In this document: one piece after another, positions 19,287-28,944 of the stretch | How the letters are laid out: each line of letters opens with the position of its first letter | Numbering within the stretch: position 1 is the stretch's first letter | Origin: an uncultured Ignavibacteria bacterium | GTDB taxonomy: Bacteria; Bacteroidota; Ignavibacteria; Ch128b | Direction: 5' to 3' | NCBI GenBank assembly: GCA_937944105.1 | Contig: CALDZP010000034.1 | Span: 38,262-102,261 of the forward strand | DNA length: 64,000 nucleotides | Translations under genes and position numbers: made by a program | The notes under the pieces: model-generated | What the model was told of the DNA's origin: nothing | The model's input: the letters and a program-made list of their open reading frames with translations, nothing else | Databases searched by the model: none

Positions 19287-20507
19287 ATGAAAGTTTTAGT
19301 TTTAAATTGTGGCAGTTCTTCAGTTAAATATCAATTTATTTCAACTGATGATAAAAAAGTTCTGGCTAAAGGATTAATTGAGAGAATTGGTTCCTCTGGG
19401 GCTATTCTTACTCATCAAAGATATGATGGGGATACAATTAAAATTACCGGTGAAATTTTAGATCACGATATTGCAATTGAATATGTCATAGCTGTTCTAT
19501 TGAGTAAAAATCATGGTGTTATAAAAGATAGAAGTGAAATTGAAGCTGTAGGTCATAGAGTAGTACATGGTGGGGAGGATTTTTCTGGCAGCGTTTTAAT
19601 CACAGATGCAGTTATTCAAACTTTACGTAATAACATTGAATTAGCGCCACTTCATAATCCACCAAATATTAAAGGTATTATAGCATGCCAGAAACATTTA
19701 CCCGGTATTCCTCAAGTTGGAGTTTTTGATACGGCTTTCCATCAAAAGATGCCACCAAAAGCTTATCTTTATGGAATACCATACATATTATACAAAAAAT
19801 ACAAAATCAGAAGATATGGTTTTCACGGGACCTCACATCTTTTTGTATCAAAAAGAGCTGCTCAATTAATGAATCAACCATATGAAAAATTAAAAATCAT
19901 AACATGTCATCTTGGGAATGGATGCAGTGTTGCAGCAATTGATGGTGGAATTTCTATCGATACATCTATGGGATTTACACCACTTGAAGGATTATTAATG
20001 GGAACAAGATGTGGTGATTTAGATCCTTCTATTCCGTTACATGTTATGGGCAAAGAAGAGTTAACTCTTGCAGAAGTAAATACTATGTTAAATAAACATA
20101 GTGGTTTAATGGGGATTTCTGGTGTGTCAAATGATATGAGAGAAATTATCAAAGCAATGAATGAGGGAAATGAAAGGGCAAAATTTGCATTTGAAGTTTT
20201 TTGCTATAAAATTAAAAAATATATAGGAGCTTATACAGCAGCTCTTGGTGGACTTGATGCTATAGTGTTTACAGGTGGTATTGGTGAAAATAGTTCAGAG
20301 GTGAGAAAGGAAGTTATTTCAAATCTTGAGTTCTTAGGAATTGAGCTTGATGAAGGGAAAAATAATCTAACAAATGGGGAGAGAATTATTTCAAAAGATA
20401 ACTCAAAAGTGAAAGTATTTGTAATTCCCACCAATGAAGAATTAGTGATAGCTCTTGATACAGCTCAGATTGTTAGTGAGAACCAGGTTTTAGTTAATAA
20501 GAATTGA
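19287..20507 (+). CDS. ackA: Acetate kinase
   Basis: 'MKVLVLNCGSSSVKYQ' N-terminal signature, 'GHRVVHGG', 'ITCHLGNG'. Confidence 0.9.
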   Translation: MKVLVLNCGSSSVKYQFISTDDKKVLAKGLIERIGSSGAILTHQRYDGDTIKITGEILDHDIAIEYVIAVLLSKNHGVIKDRSEIEAVGHRVVHGGEDFSGSVLITDAVIQTLRNNIELAPLHNPPNIKGIIACQKHLPGIPQVGVFDTAFHQKMPPKAYLYGIPYILYKKYKIRRYGFHGTSHLFVSKRAAQLMNQPYEKLKIITCHLGNGCSVAAIDGGISIDTSMGFTPLEGLLMGTRCGDLDPSIPLHVMGKEELTLAEVNTMLNKHSGLMGISGVSNDMREIIKAMNEGNERAKFAFEVFCYKIKKYIGAYTAALGGLDAIVFTGGIGENSSEVRKEVISNLEFLGIELDEGKNNLTNGERIISKDNSKVKVFVIPTNEELVIALDTAQIVSENQVLVNKN

Positions 20508-20537
20508 CATTGAAAAAAAAGTCATGAGTAGTTTTAT

Positions 20538-21128
20538 ATGAATCTTAATGATTTTTTATTGAGCTTTATACCTCTATTTGTTGCAATTGATATTATTGGA
20601 ACAGCTCCAATCTACCTGGCATTAACTGAACAATTTGAGAAGAAAGAAAGAAGAAAATTGGTTGTACAGGCAGTGATAACCGCTTTCATTCTTGCAATTG
20701 TTTTTATTGCTACTGGAAAAGTAATTCTTGATTTTATGGGAATAACGTTAAACGATTTTCGAATTGGTGGTGGATTGGTTCTTTTGATTCTTTCAATTAA
20801 TGATCTTGTTTTTGCCAGTGATGAGACACGAAAACCTAAAGGTACGATTGGAATTGTTCCGTTAGGAATACCATTAATTATGGGTCCCGCAGCATTAACG
20901 ACAATTCTCGTAATTCTTAACAATAATGGTATTATTCCTACTATGCTATCAGTATTTATAAATTTAGTTATTGTTTTTGTTGTTCTTTATTATGCAGAGA
21001 AGTTAGTTGATTTAATTGGAGAGTCAGGTTCAAAAGCGTTTGCTAAAGTTGCATCCTTATTCCTTGCAGCAATTGCTGTTATGATGATTAGGGTTGGTAT
21101 TACGGAAGTTATTAAAGAAATGCGTTGA
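20538..21128 (+). CDS. MarC-family (UPF0056) integral membrane protein
   Basis: 196 aa, 6 TM, 'FIPLFVAIDIIGTAPIYLALT' N-terminal motif. Confidence 0.7.
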   Translation: MNLNDFLLSFIPLFVAIDIIGTAPIYLALTEQFEKKERRKLVVQAVITAFILAIVFIATGKVILDFMGITLNDFRIGGGLVLLILSINDLVFASDETRKPKGTIGIVPLGIPLIMGPAALTTILVILNNNGIIPTMLSVFINLVIVFVVLYYAEKLVDLIGESGSKAFAKVASLFLAAIAVMMIRVGITEVIKEMR

Positions 21129-21129
21129 A

Positions 21130-21663
21130 TTATGGTCTCGTTTGGATATAACCTCTATATGGAGTTGAAGGTTGTATAGTAATAAAAGCCTTTGGATCAA
21201 TTTTCTCAACAATTTCTAAAAACTCTTTTTGCCTTTTTCGAGCAATTATTGAGACAATTATTGCTTGACCACCTGTTCCACCTTCTCCTGGAAGTATTGT
21301 AACTCCGAATTTCTTTTTTCTCAACTCGTCAGCAATCTCATCAGCAAAATGTAACGATACAATATAAATCTGGATAAATCCCAATCCGAATTTTTGTTCA
21401 AGTGTTATTCCGATGATATTACCCAAACCAAATCCTGTTGAGTAACCAAGTATATTCCATAAATTATCTATGTGAAGCATTATATGTCTTATTGCGAAAA
21501 TCCAAACTGTAACTTCAATAAAACCTAAAATCCCTGCGTAATATTTTCTGCCCTGTACTACCATAAGTGTTCGAATTGTGCTTATGGTAACATCTACAAT
21601 CCTCATGCACATAATCATTATTGCGCTAAGAAAAATTTCCATTTTAAAACCATTTTTTTTCAA
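21130..21663 (-). CDS. UPF0316/DUF2179 small membrane protein
   Basis: 177 aa; 3 TM plus C-terminal DUF2179-like 'GVTILPGEGGTGGQ...IVSII'. Confidence 0.5.
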   Translation of the reverse strand: MKKNGFKMEIFLSAIMIMCMRIVDVTISTIRTLMVVQGRKYYAGILGFIEVTVWIFAIRHIMLHIDNLWNILGYSTGFGLGNIIGITLEQKFGLGFIQIYIVSLHFADEIADELRKKKFGVTILPGEGGTGGQAIIVSIIARKRQKEFLEIVEKIDPKAFITIQPSTPYRGYIQTRP

Positions 21664-21804
21664 AAATAACCATTCGAGGATAAATGATTCTTATAAAACA
21701 GTCCATCTAATCTTGTAAGCAAAATACTACAAAAATTTTAATTAAAATCAATTGACATTAATAAAATTCATTTTTATGTTTATTATCATTTATTTTGTAA
21801 AAAT

Positions 21805-22290
21805 ATGGGTGAAAAGACTAGAGTATTTTCAGTAAAATTCTTTTTTAAGACAATGAATCTTATTTATTTTAGTTTTGTCGGTAGCGGCATTATCTTATGC
21901 CTCATCTCATTTTATTTATGGGGATTTGATATTAATATTAGAACAGAACTGTCTTTTGAAAAGCAACTTATTCTTGGGATCTTCGTAATTGTTTCGACAT
22001 TTTTATCTCAATTTATATACAGAAGAGCTATCAGAAGAATTAACGATAATGATCAAATAATTATAAAATTACAAAGTTATCAGGCTGCAGTGATTTACCG
22101 AATGAGTATTTTAGAATTCACTCTTGTTATTACTGTGTTATTTTTCATTTTTACAAAAATATGGTCATTTTTATTTATAAGTTTTGCTTTACTATTTTTA
22201 TTGTTTTTATGTAAACCAACCAAATATAGTTTATTTAAATTATTACCGTTATCAGAAGAAGAGAAAATATTGATAATTAATAATTCGTAA
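21805..22290 (+). CDS. Hypothetical membrane protein
   Basis: ORF with four hydrophobic segments; no recognisable motifs. Confidence 0.3.
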   Translation: MGEKTRVFSVKFFFKTMNLIYFSFVGSGIILCLISFYLWGFDINIRTELSFEKQLILGIFVIVSTFLSQFIYRRAIRRINDNDQIIIKLQSYQAAVIYRMSILEFTLVITVLFFIFTKIWSFLFISFALLFLLFLCKPTKYSLFKLLPLSEEEKILIINNS

Positions 22291-22815
22291 TTAAAAAATT
22301 TTCACGCTGACTTTTGGTATAGATTTAATTAAACTTTAGAATCTTATAATTAGATTAATTAATTTACTTATTGGGCTTTAATGACTTAACATATTAAATC
22401 TTAAATTTCACATTGAAGTGAATTGATGAATAATATAAAATTAAAATTGTTTCGATAATTTGATATAAAATTTTAATTCTTTTTTTCTTGATTAAGACTA
22501 AAACTCTATTTATGAAATATAATTTTGGAAATTTTACAGATGGATCAAGATTTTAAACTTGCAAAACTCTAAGCATATTTCAATGAATTGATGATTATTT
22601 TTTTAATTTTTTGGGGTTACATGTTTTATTCATTATACTGGAATAGAGGTACTTAAATAAATATTTTTTTAAGGTAGAAAATTCACAGGACACTTCTTAA
22701 ATTATAGAAATTCAAAACAAAATTTCAGAAACTATATAGATTATCTTTATAATTTATTAAAACAGATTTCATTATAGAACTTGGAGTAGATTATTCATCT
22801 TTCTATTTTATTATT

Positions 22816-23658
22816 ATGAAACAAACTATTTATTTCATTAATAACGATTTTGTAGAAAAAGATAAAGCAGTAATTCCAGTTAATGATATTGGTTTGCTTA
22901 GAGCTTATGCAGTATTCGATTACTTAAAAACTTACTTCGGCAAGCCTTTTCATCTAATTGACCATATTGAACGATTATTCAAATCCGCTGAGTTTATTGG
23001 TCTAAAAATACCAAAGAATAAATTGGAAATTAAAGATATTGTGATTGAATTGATTCGCATTAATAAATTTCCTGAATCGAGTGTGAGGATCATAGTTACA
23101 GGGGGGGACAGTCCTGATGGCAAGAAAAAAGGAGAGCCGAGATTAATCATTACGTGCGAACCAAGAAATGAATTAGATATCAAATTTTACGAAAAAGGAA
23201 TAAAAATAAAATCTGTTCACGATTATCGAGAAACACCACTTGCTAAAACCATAAATTACACACTGGCAATTAAATATCTAAATGATTTTATTCCAAAAGG
23301 ATTTTTCGAGGTTCTTTACATACATAATTCCAAAATAACTGAATGTACATCAAGTAATATCTTTTTCATCAAAGGGAAAAAATTAATAACCCCTAAAGAT
23401 GAAGTGTTGCCAGGAATAACAAGAAAAATAGTTTTAAACCTGGCTTCGAAATATTTTGATGTTGATGAAAGAGATATTTATTACCATGAAATTTATGACT
23501 TTGATGAATCATTTATTACTTCTACAGATAAAGAAGTGATGCCTGTAATTTCAATTGATGAGCATCTTTTTAATAAAGGTATAATTGGAGATAAAACAAA
23601 GCTCGTAATTAAATTATTTCGAGATTACATTGAATCTAAAGTATGGATGGATTTCTAA
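22816..23658 (+). CDS. Class IV aminotransferase (BCAT / aminodeoxychorismate lyase-like)
   Basis: 'LRAYAVFDYLKTY', 'ECTSSNIFFIKGKKLITP', 'LPGITRKIVL' fold-type IV motifs. Confidence 0.65.
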   Translation: MKQTIYFINNDFVEKDKAVIPVNDIGLLRAYAVFDYLKTYFGKPFHLIDHIERLFKSAEFIGLKIPKNKLEIKDIVIELIRINKFPESSVRIIVTGGDSPDGKKKGEPRLIITCEPRNELDIKFYEKGIKIKSVHDYRETPLAKTINYTLAIKYLNDFIPKGFFEVLYIHNSKITECTSSNIFFIKGKKLITPKDEVLPGITRKIVLNLASKYFDVDERDIYYHEIYDFDESFITSTDKEVMPVISIDEHLFNKGIIGDKTKLVIKLFRDYIESKVWMDF

Positions 23659-23705
23659 TGTTATGAATGAACTTTTACTTTATGAGTTTATATTATTTCA
23701 TAGTT

Positions 23706-24578
23706 TTATACTTCAATTCCTAAACCTTCTCTAACTAAAATTCCTATTCCAAAAGTAATTGCAGTTACAACAAGATTTAATACTACCATTTCAAGAAATC
23801 TATGTTTAAATGATAAATCCTTGGCAACAGATATATAGTAATTGAAAATGAAGATTATGAAAATTGCAATACCTATAGTGATTGGTAAAGCAATAAAAGG
23901 ATTGGATAATAAAAGGTAAGGAAGAACAAGCAAAATAACAGTAATGATATAAGCCCCACCTGTATAAAAAGCAGATTTAAGATAGTTTTTGTTTTCCCCC
24001 TCGGCTTTTTCTGAAAGGTAATTTGATGCTGCCATTGAAAAAGACGCCGCAATTCCTGTTATTAATCCTGCTAATGCGATTATTTGCGTTTTTTGTATTG
24101 CAAAAGTCAAGCCCGCAAGTGCTCCAGTTAATTCAATTAATGCATCATTTAAACCAAGTACAATTGAACCTGCATATTTTAGTTTTTCCTCATCTAACAT
24201 ATCAATCAATGCATTTTCATGTGAATTCTCTTCTGCAAGAATTTTTTCTGCTTCTGGTAGTTTATCAACAATAGAAGAATAAAATCTTTCTGCTTTCTGC
24301 TCACCTTTTTCCATTAGTTTTATACTGAATGTTATACCAAATAAGCGAGCCATAAAGTTGTAGAAATAAACTTTGAATCTATTTGGCTTGACCTCTGTAT
24401 TTGTTAATTTTTTCCAGTAATTATAATGTGCTAATTCATCGTGTGCTATTTTACTTAAGACTTCAGAATTATTTTTATCTTTTACTATTCTCGAAAGATA
24501 GCTATAGACATAAAACTCAGTTATTTCATTTTTCTGAACGAATAATAATTGCTCTTTTAATTCTGAATCAATTGTCAT
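23706..24578 (-). CDS. VIT1/CCC1-family Fe/Mn transporter with N-terminal ferritin-like domain
   Basis: N-terminal 'AHDELAHYNYW' ferritin-like part; C-terminal 5 TM VIT1 region. Confidence 0.65.
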   Translation of the reverse strand: MTIDSELKEQLLFVQKNEITEFYVYSYLSRIVKDKNNSEVLSKIAHDELAHYNYWKKLTNTEVKPNRFKVYFYNFMARLFGITFSIKLMEKGEQKAERFYSSIVDKLPEAEKILAEENSHENALIDMLDEEKLKYAGSIVLGLNDALIELTGALAGLTFAIQKTQIIALAGLITGIAASFSMAASNYLSEKAEGENKNYLKSAFYTGGAYIITVILLVLPYLLLSNPFIALPITIGIAIFIIFIFNYYISVAKDLSFKHRFLEMVVLNLVVTAITFGIGILVREGLGIEV

Positions 24579-24605
24579 TGTTATTCTCCTATATATTAAT
24601 GAATT

Positions 24606-25682
24606 TTAAGAGTTCTGAAAGCTTTGTTTTAATTTTTCACTTCTATCAGCAAGTTTTAATTGTTCAATTAATTCATCAAGATTACCATCAAGAATTTCTT
24701 GAAGGTTATATAGGGTTAATCCAATTCTATGATCTGTTACTCTATTTTGAGGGAAGTTGTAAGTTCTGATTTTATCGCTTCTATCGCCTTTCCTTACCAT
24801 CGATCTTCTTTGCTCAATTAATTCTTTGTTTTGTTCTTCCATTTGTAAATCATAAAGTCGAGCTCTCAAAACTTTCATTGCTTTTATTCTATTTTGAATT
24901 TGTGACCTTTCATCTTGACATTGCACGACAATACCAGTTGGAATATGTGTGATTCGTACAGCAGTTTCTACTTTGTTCACATTTTGACCACCTGCACCGC
25001 CACTTCTATAAATATCGATTCTTAAATCGTTGGGATTTATTTCTACCTCAATTTCTTCAGCTTCAGGAAGAACAACAACAGATGCTGCTGAAGTATGTAT
25101 TCTTCCACTCGATTCAGTTTTTGGTACACGTTGGACACGATGAACTCCACTTTCATATTTCATATTTCCATATGCACCGTTTCCTTGAATCATAAAAATT
25201 ACTTCTTTCAATCCACCTATGCCTGTGTCGTTTAAATCAATCAGATCAATTTTCCAACCTTTGTTTTCAGCATATCTTGAATACATTCTAAACAAATCAG
25301 CTGCAAAAAGGGCAGCTTCTTCACCACCAGTACCAGCACGAATTTCTACAATACAATTTTTTTGATCATTTGGATCTTTTGGAAGAAGCAACATCTTTAA
25401 TTCTTCTTCCAGCTTTTCTAGTTTAGGTTCAAGTTCTTCAAGCTCAATTTTAGCAAGTTCAGCTAATTCAGGGTCAAGTTTGGAGTAAATAATTTCTTTG
25501 TTGCCTTCAATATTTTTTTTCACTTCTTTGTATTTTTTATATGTATTAACTATTTCTTCCAGTTCGCTTCTTTCTTTTGTAAGCTTGATTAACTTTTGTT
25601 GATCTGAGACCACTTCAGGATTCATTAATTGCTGATTTATTTCTTCAAATCTTTTAACGATGTTTTCTAAGTTTTCGAACAT
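24606..25682 (-). CDS. prfA: Peptide chain release factor 1
   Basis: '[24 protein letters not shown]' (GGQ); 'PKT' tripeptide (PxT, RF1-specific); '[14 protein letters not shown]'. Confidence 0.9.
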   Translation of the reverse strand: MFENLENIVKRFEEINQQLMNPEVVSDQQKLIKLTKERSELEEIVNTYKKYKEVKKNIEGNKEIIYSKLDPELAELAKIELEELEPKLEKLEEELKMLLLPKDPNDQKNCIVEIRAGTGGEEAALFAADLFRMYSRYAENKGWKIDLIDLNDTGIGGLKEVIFMIQGNGAYGNMKYESGVHRVQRVPKTESSGRIHTSAASVVVLPEAEEIEVEINPNDLRIDIYRSGGAGGQNVNKVETAVRITHIPTGIVVQCQDERSQIQNRIKAMKVLRARLYDLQMEEQNKELIEQRRSMVRKGDRSDKIRTYNFPQNRVTDHRIGLTLYNLQEILDGNLDELIEQLKLADRSEKLKQSFQNS

Positions 25683-25752
25683 AATTTTCTCTCTCCAGTT
25701 TCAAAAATAGAAAATATTGCTGGATTAAATAAATTCAAAAATAAGGAGTGTT

Positions 25753-26754
25753 TTAATTTTTTAGGTGTTTTATAATTCTTGCCAATGAAGGTGTTTTTGA
25801 AAAACTGATTAAAGTAAAATAAAATCTTATTTTAAGCTTATCATAAATGAAATAAAGAATTATCAGAATGATTAGTACTGGTATCAAGAAAAGAATAAAA
25901 AACATAATGGTATTTTGAATTTTAATACTACTTCCCCTTATAGGAAAAATGAATGATTGGACAAGATAAATTTTATAATTATCGTCAAACCATCTAAGAG
26001 GAGGTAACTCACTAAGTCTGAATGTTTCAATGTTTTTGATGAAATAAATATTATTGAAAAGAGAGTAGTAGGATATATAATACTCCTCAATAGGTGTTTC
26101 ATATTTTGTCTTATTTTCATGAATGACAGTAATCAAATTAGTCTTACCTGAGTGAATTAAATCATATAATTCATCTGATGATAGATAAATTGTATCGATT
26201 TTAAATGAGATATTAAATGTGGCATCTGAAATTATCCATTTCCCTCTTTTTTCATCCCATATTTCTATTGTAGAGTGTCTATCAAATGAATCAAAAATAG
26301 ATCTTGCAATAGTTATATATCTTACTTTGAAATCATATAAATGTAAAATATATCCATATAATCTTGCAATTTCCCCACAAAGTAATGGTTTGTTTGATTT
26401 TAAGTGATAGTATAATTTGTCTGGATATCTTGAGAACAAGTACTCTCCATTTTTTTTCAGTCCTTGATTCAAAAGTTTTTCCCTTATGAAAGCAGCAGTC
26501 TCAATTGTATGTTCTGGAACCTGAGAAATCCCAAAATCTTTATTTATCATCGATTTAAAATATTCATTATACTTCTTGGGAAAATTAAATTCAGTATTAG
26601 AATCTATTAAAGTAAATTCATCTTGTTTGATTATGCTATAACGACTTAAGGTTATTATATTGTATTCTTTTGAAACAATTGAGAATAAAATTTCAAAAAG
26701 AATCAGGAAGAAAAGTATGTTTATTAGCAAAAGTTTTCTTTTTATTTCAATCAT
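25753..26754 (-). CDS. Transglutaminase-like cysteine protease domain membrane protein
   Basis: N-terminal TM; 'CGEIARLYGYIL...HSTIEIWD...WIISDAT' Cys-His-Asp arrangement. Confidence 0.55.
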   Translation of the reverse strand: MIEIKRKLLLINILFFLILFEILFSIVSKEYNIITLSRYSIIKQDEFTLIDSNTEFNFPKKYNEYFKSMINKDFGISQVPEHTIETAAFIREKLLNQGLKKNGEYLFSRYPDKLYYHLKSNKPLLCGEIARLYGYILHLYDFKVRYITIARSIFDSFDRHSTIEIWDEKRGKWIISDATFNISFKIDTIYLSSDELYDLIHSGKTNLITVIHENKTKYETPIEEYYISYYSLFNNIYFIKNIETFRLSELPPLRWFDDNYKIYLVQSFIFPIRGSSIKIQNTIMFFILFLIPVLIILIILYFIYDKLKIRFYFTLISFSKTPSLARIIKHLKN

Positions 26755-27032
26755 TTTTTAGCTTAGATACTTTTCTAGCATATAAGTTTAATTGTTTAAT
26801 AATATTTGCTAGATTCATACCAAAACAATATATGATTTAAAGCGATTAATTAAGTGATTTAATGAAATAATTTTAATGAATATGAAAAATATTCATGAAC
26901 TATGAATTTTTTTTGTAAGAGCTTTCAAAAGATCTTTTATGTTTAAATAAAATTTTATTATGTTATTTTTAGATGTTTAAAAATATTCGTATGAATTAAT
27001 TCAGGTTTAAATAAAATAATCAGTAGAAAAAA

Positions 27033-28850
27033 ATGAAAACATTTAATCAACTGCTGAAGGAAAAGGTATTAATATTTGACGGAGCTATGGGTACAAATCT
27101 TCAAGCTCAAAATCTTAGCTTTAATGATTTTGGTGGAAAGGAATATGAAGGTTGCAATGAATATTTAATCATTTCAAAACCTGACGCAGTAAAGAAAGTA
27201 CATCTGGATTTTCTTGAGGCTGGAGCTGATATAATTGAAACGAACACATTTGGTTCAAATGAAGTTGTGTTATCAGAATATAATTTACAAAATTTAGCAT
27301 ATGAGATCAGCTACAAGGCAGCAAAACTCGCAAAAGAACTGGCTTTAGATTTTTCATCGAATGAAAAACCAAGATTTGTTGCTGGTTCGATTGGTCCAGG
27401 GACAAAATTACCTTCATTAGGACACATATCATTTAAAGAACTCGAAAAATCATATTATCCTCAAATATCTGGGCTAGTTGATGGTGGCGCTGATATATTA
27501 TGTATCGAAACATGTCAGGATATGCTTCAAATTAAAGCTGCTCTCTCTGCTGCTATGAAAGTTTTTGATGAGAAAAAAACTAAACTACCAATTATTGTTT
27601 CAATTACAATTGAAACAACAGGAACAATGTTAATGGGAACTGATATTTCTGCAGCTTTAACAACTTTAGAACCTTATGAAATAATTGATGTTATAGGTAT
27701 GAACTGTGCCACTGGTCCAAAAGAGATGAGCGAAAATGTTCGTTACCTTTGTCAAAATTCGCCTAAACCTATTTTTGTGATGCCCAATGCAGGAATTCCA
27801 GAAAATGTTAATGGTAAAGCTTGCTATCATTTGAATCCTGATGAACTTGTTCACTGGTTGAGTCATTTTGTGAAAGATTTAGGTGTAAATATTGTTGGTG
27901 GCTGTTGTGGGACCACAAAAGAACATATAAAAAAATTAGTCGAAAATTTGTCAAATCTTAAACCAGCAGAAAGAAATTGGAGTTACCAACCTTCTGTATC
28001 CAGTAATTTTATCAGTCAATCTCTAAGAGTTGATCCAGCGCCTGTTTTAGTTGGTGAAAGATGTAATGCAAACGGTTCTAAACAATTTCGTGATTATTTA
28101 TTGAAAGATGATTATGAGGGAATGCTTCAAGTTGCAAAAGATCAAATTAAAGAGGGCGCACATATGATTGATGTTTGTGTTGCTTATGTTGGACGAGATG
28201 AAAAAAAAGATATGATTGAATTTGTTAAAAGATTAAATACTCAAGTTGTACTTCCTATTATGATCGATTCCACAGAATATGAAGTAATCGAAGCTGCTCT
28301 GGAAAATTATGCTGGTAGATGTGTAATTAATTCAATTAATTTGGAAGATGGAGAAGAAAGAACTTCAAAGGTTTTACCACTTGCGAAAAAGTTTGGTGCA
28401 GCGGTTATATGCTTAACAATTGATGAAGAAGGAATGGCAAAAACTGCTGAAAAAAAACTGGCTATTGCCAAAAGAATAAGAGATATAGCAGTAAAAAGAT
28501 TCGGTCTAAGGGAATCTGATTTAATTTTTGATCCATTAACATTCACTCTTGGCAGTGGAGATGAGGAATTTCGTAAAAGTGCAATTGAAACCCTTGAAGC
28601 AATAAAATTGATTAAAAAAGAAATTCCAAATTCCTTTACGATTCTTGGAATTAGTAATGTATCATTTGGTTTGAATCCTAAAGCAAGGCATGCTCTTAAT
28701 TCAGTCTTTCTATATTATGCAGTGCAGGCTGGACTTGATCTGGCAATAGTTCATGCGAGTAAAATCATGCCTCTTAACAAAATTGATGATCGTGGTAAAA
28801 AACTTTGCGAGGAATTAATTTTTGATAAGAGAATTTTTGAATATTCTTAG
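27033..28850 (+). CDS. metH: Methionine synthase N-terminal half (homocysteine-binding plus pterin/methyl-THF-binding domains)
   Basis: 'LIFDGAMGT' Hcy S-methyltransferase start, 'GGCCG'; pterin-binding TIM barrel 'VGERCNANGSKQF...MIDVC'; 605 aa; ends where the B12-cap would begin. Confidence 0.8.
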   Translation: MKTFNQLLKEKVLIFDGAMGTNLQAQNLSFNDFGGKEYEGCNEYLIISKPDAVKKVHLDFLEAGADIIETNTFGSNEVVLSEYNLQNLAYEISYKAAKLAKELALDFSSNEKPRFVAGSIGPGTKLPSLGHISFKELEKSYYPQISGLVDGGADILCIETCQDMLQIKAALSAAMKVFDEKKTKLPIIVSITIETTGTMLMGTDISAALTTLEPYEIIDVIGMNCATGPKEMSENVRYLCQNSPKPIFVMPNAGIPENVNGKACYHLNPDELVHWLSHFVKDLGVNIVGGCCGTTKEHIKKLVENLSNLKPAERNWSYQPSVSSNFISQSLRVDPAPVLVGERCNANGSKQFRDYLLKDDYEGMLQVAKDQIKEGAHMIDVCVAYVGRDEKKDMIEFVKRLNTQVVLPIMIDSTEYEVIEAALENYAGRCVINSINLEDGEERTSKVLPLAKKFGAAVICLTIDEEGMAKTAEKKLAIAKRIRDIAVKRFGLRESDLIFDPLTFTLGSGDEEFRKSAIETLEAIKLIKKEIPNSFTILGISNVSFGLNPKARHALNSVFLYYAVQAGLDLAIVHASKIMPLNKIDDRGKKLCEELIFDKRIFEYS

Positions 28851-28944
28851 TTTTGATTTCTAAATATTTTGAATGTATATCCGAAAATATTCTGGGATCG
28901 GGAGAGTATAATAATTATGGATTAATATATGTGAACTAAATTAA

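Noticed and set aside
26755-27032. Possible SAM or B12 riboswitch upstream of the metH N-terminal half
   Set aside because: I read the 278-bp leader looking for conserved riboswitch blocks and found only AT-rich sequence with no GC-paired elements.
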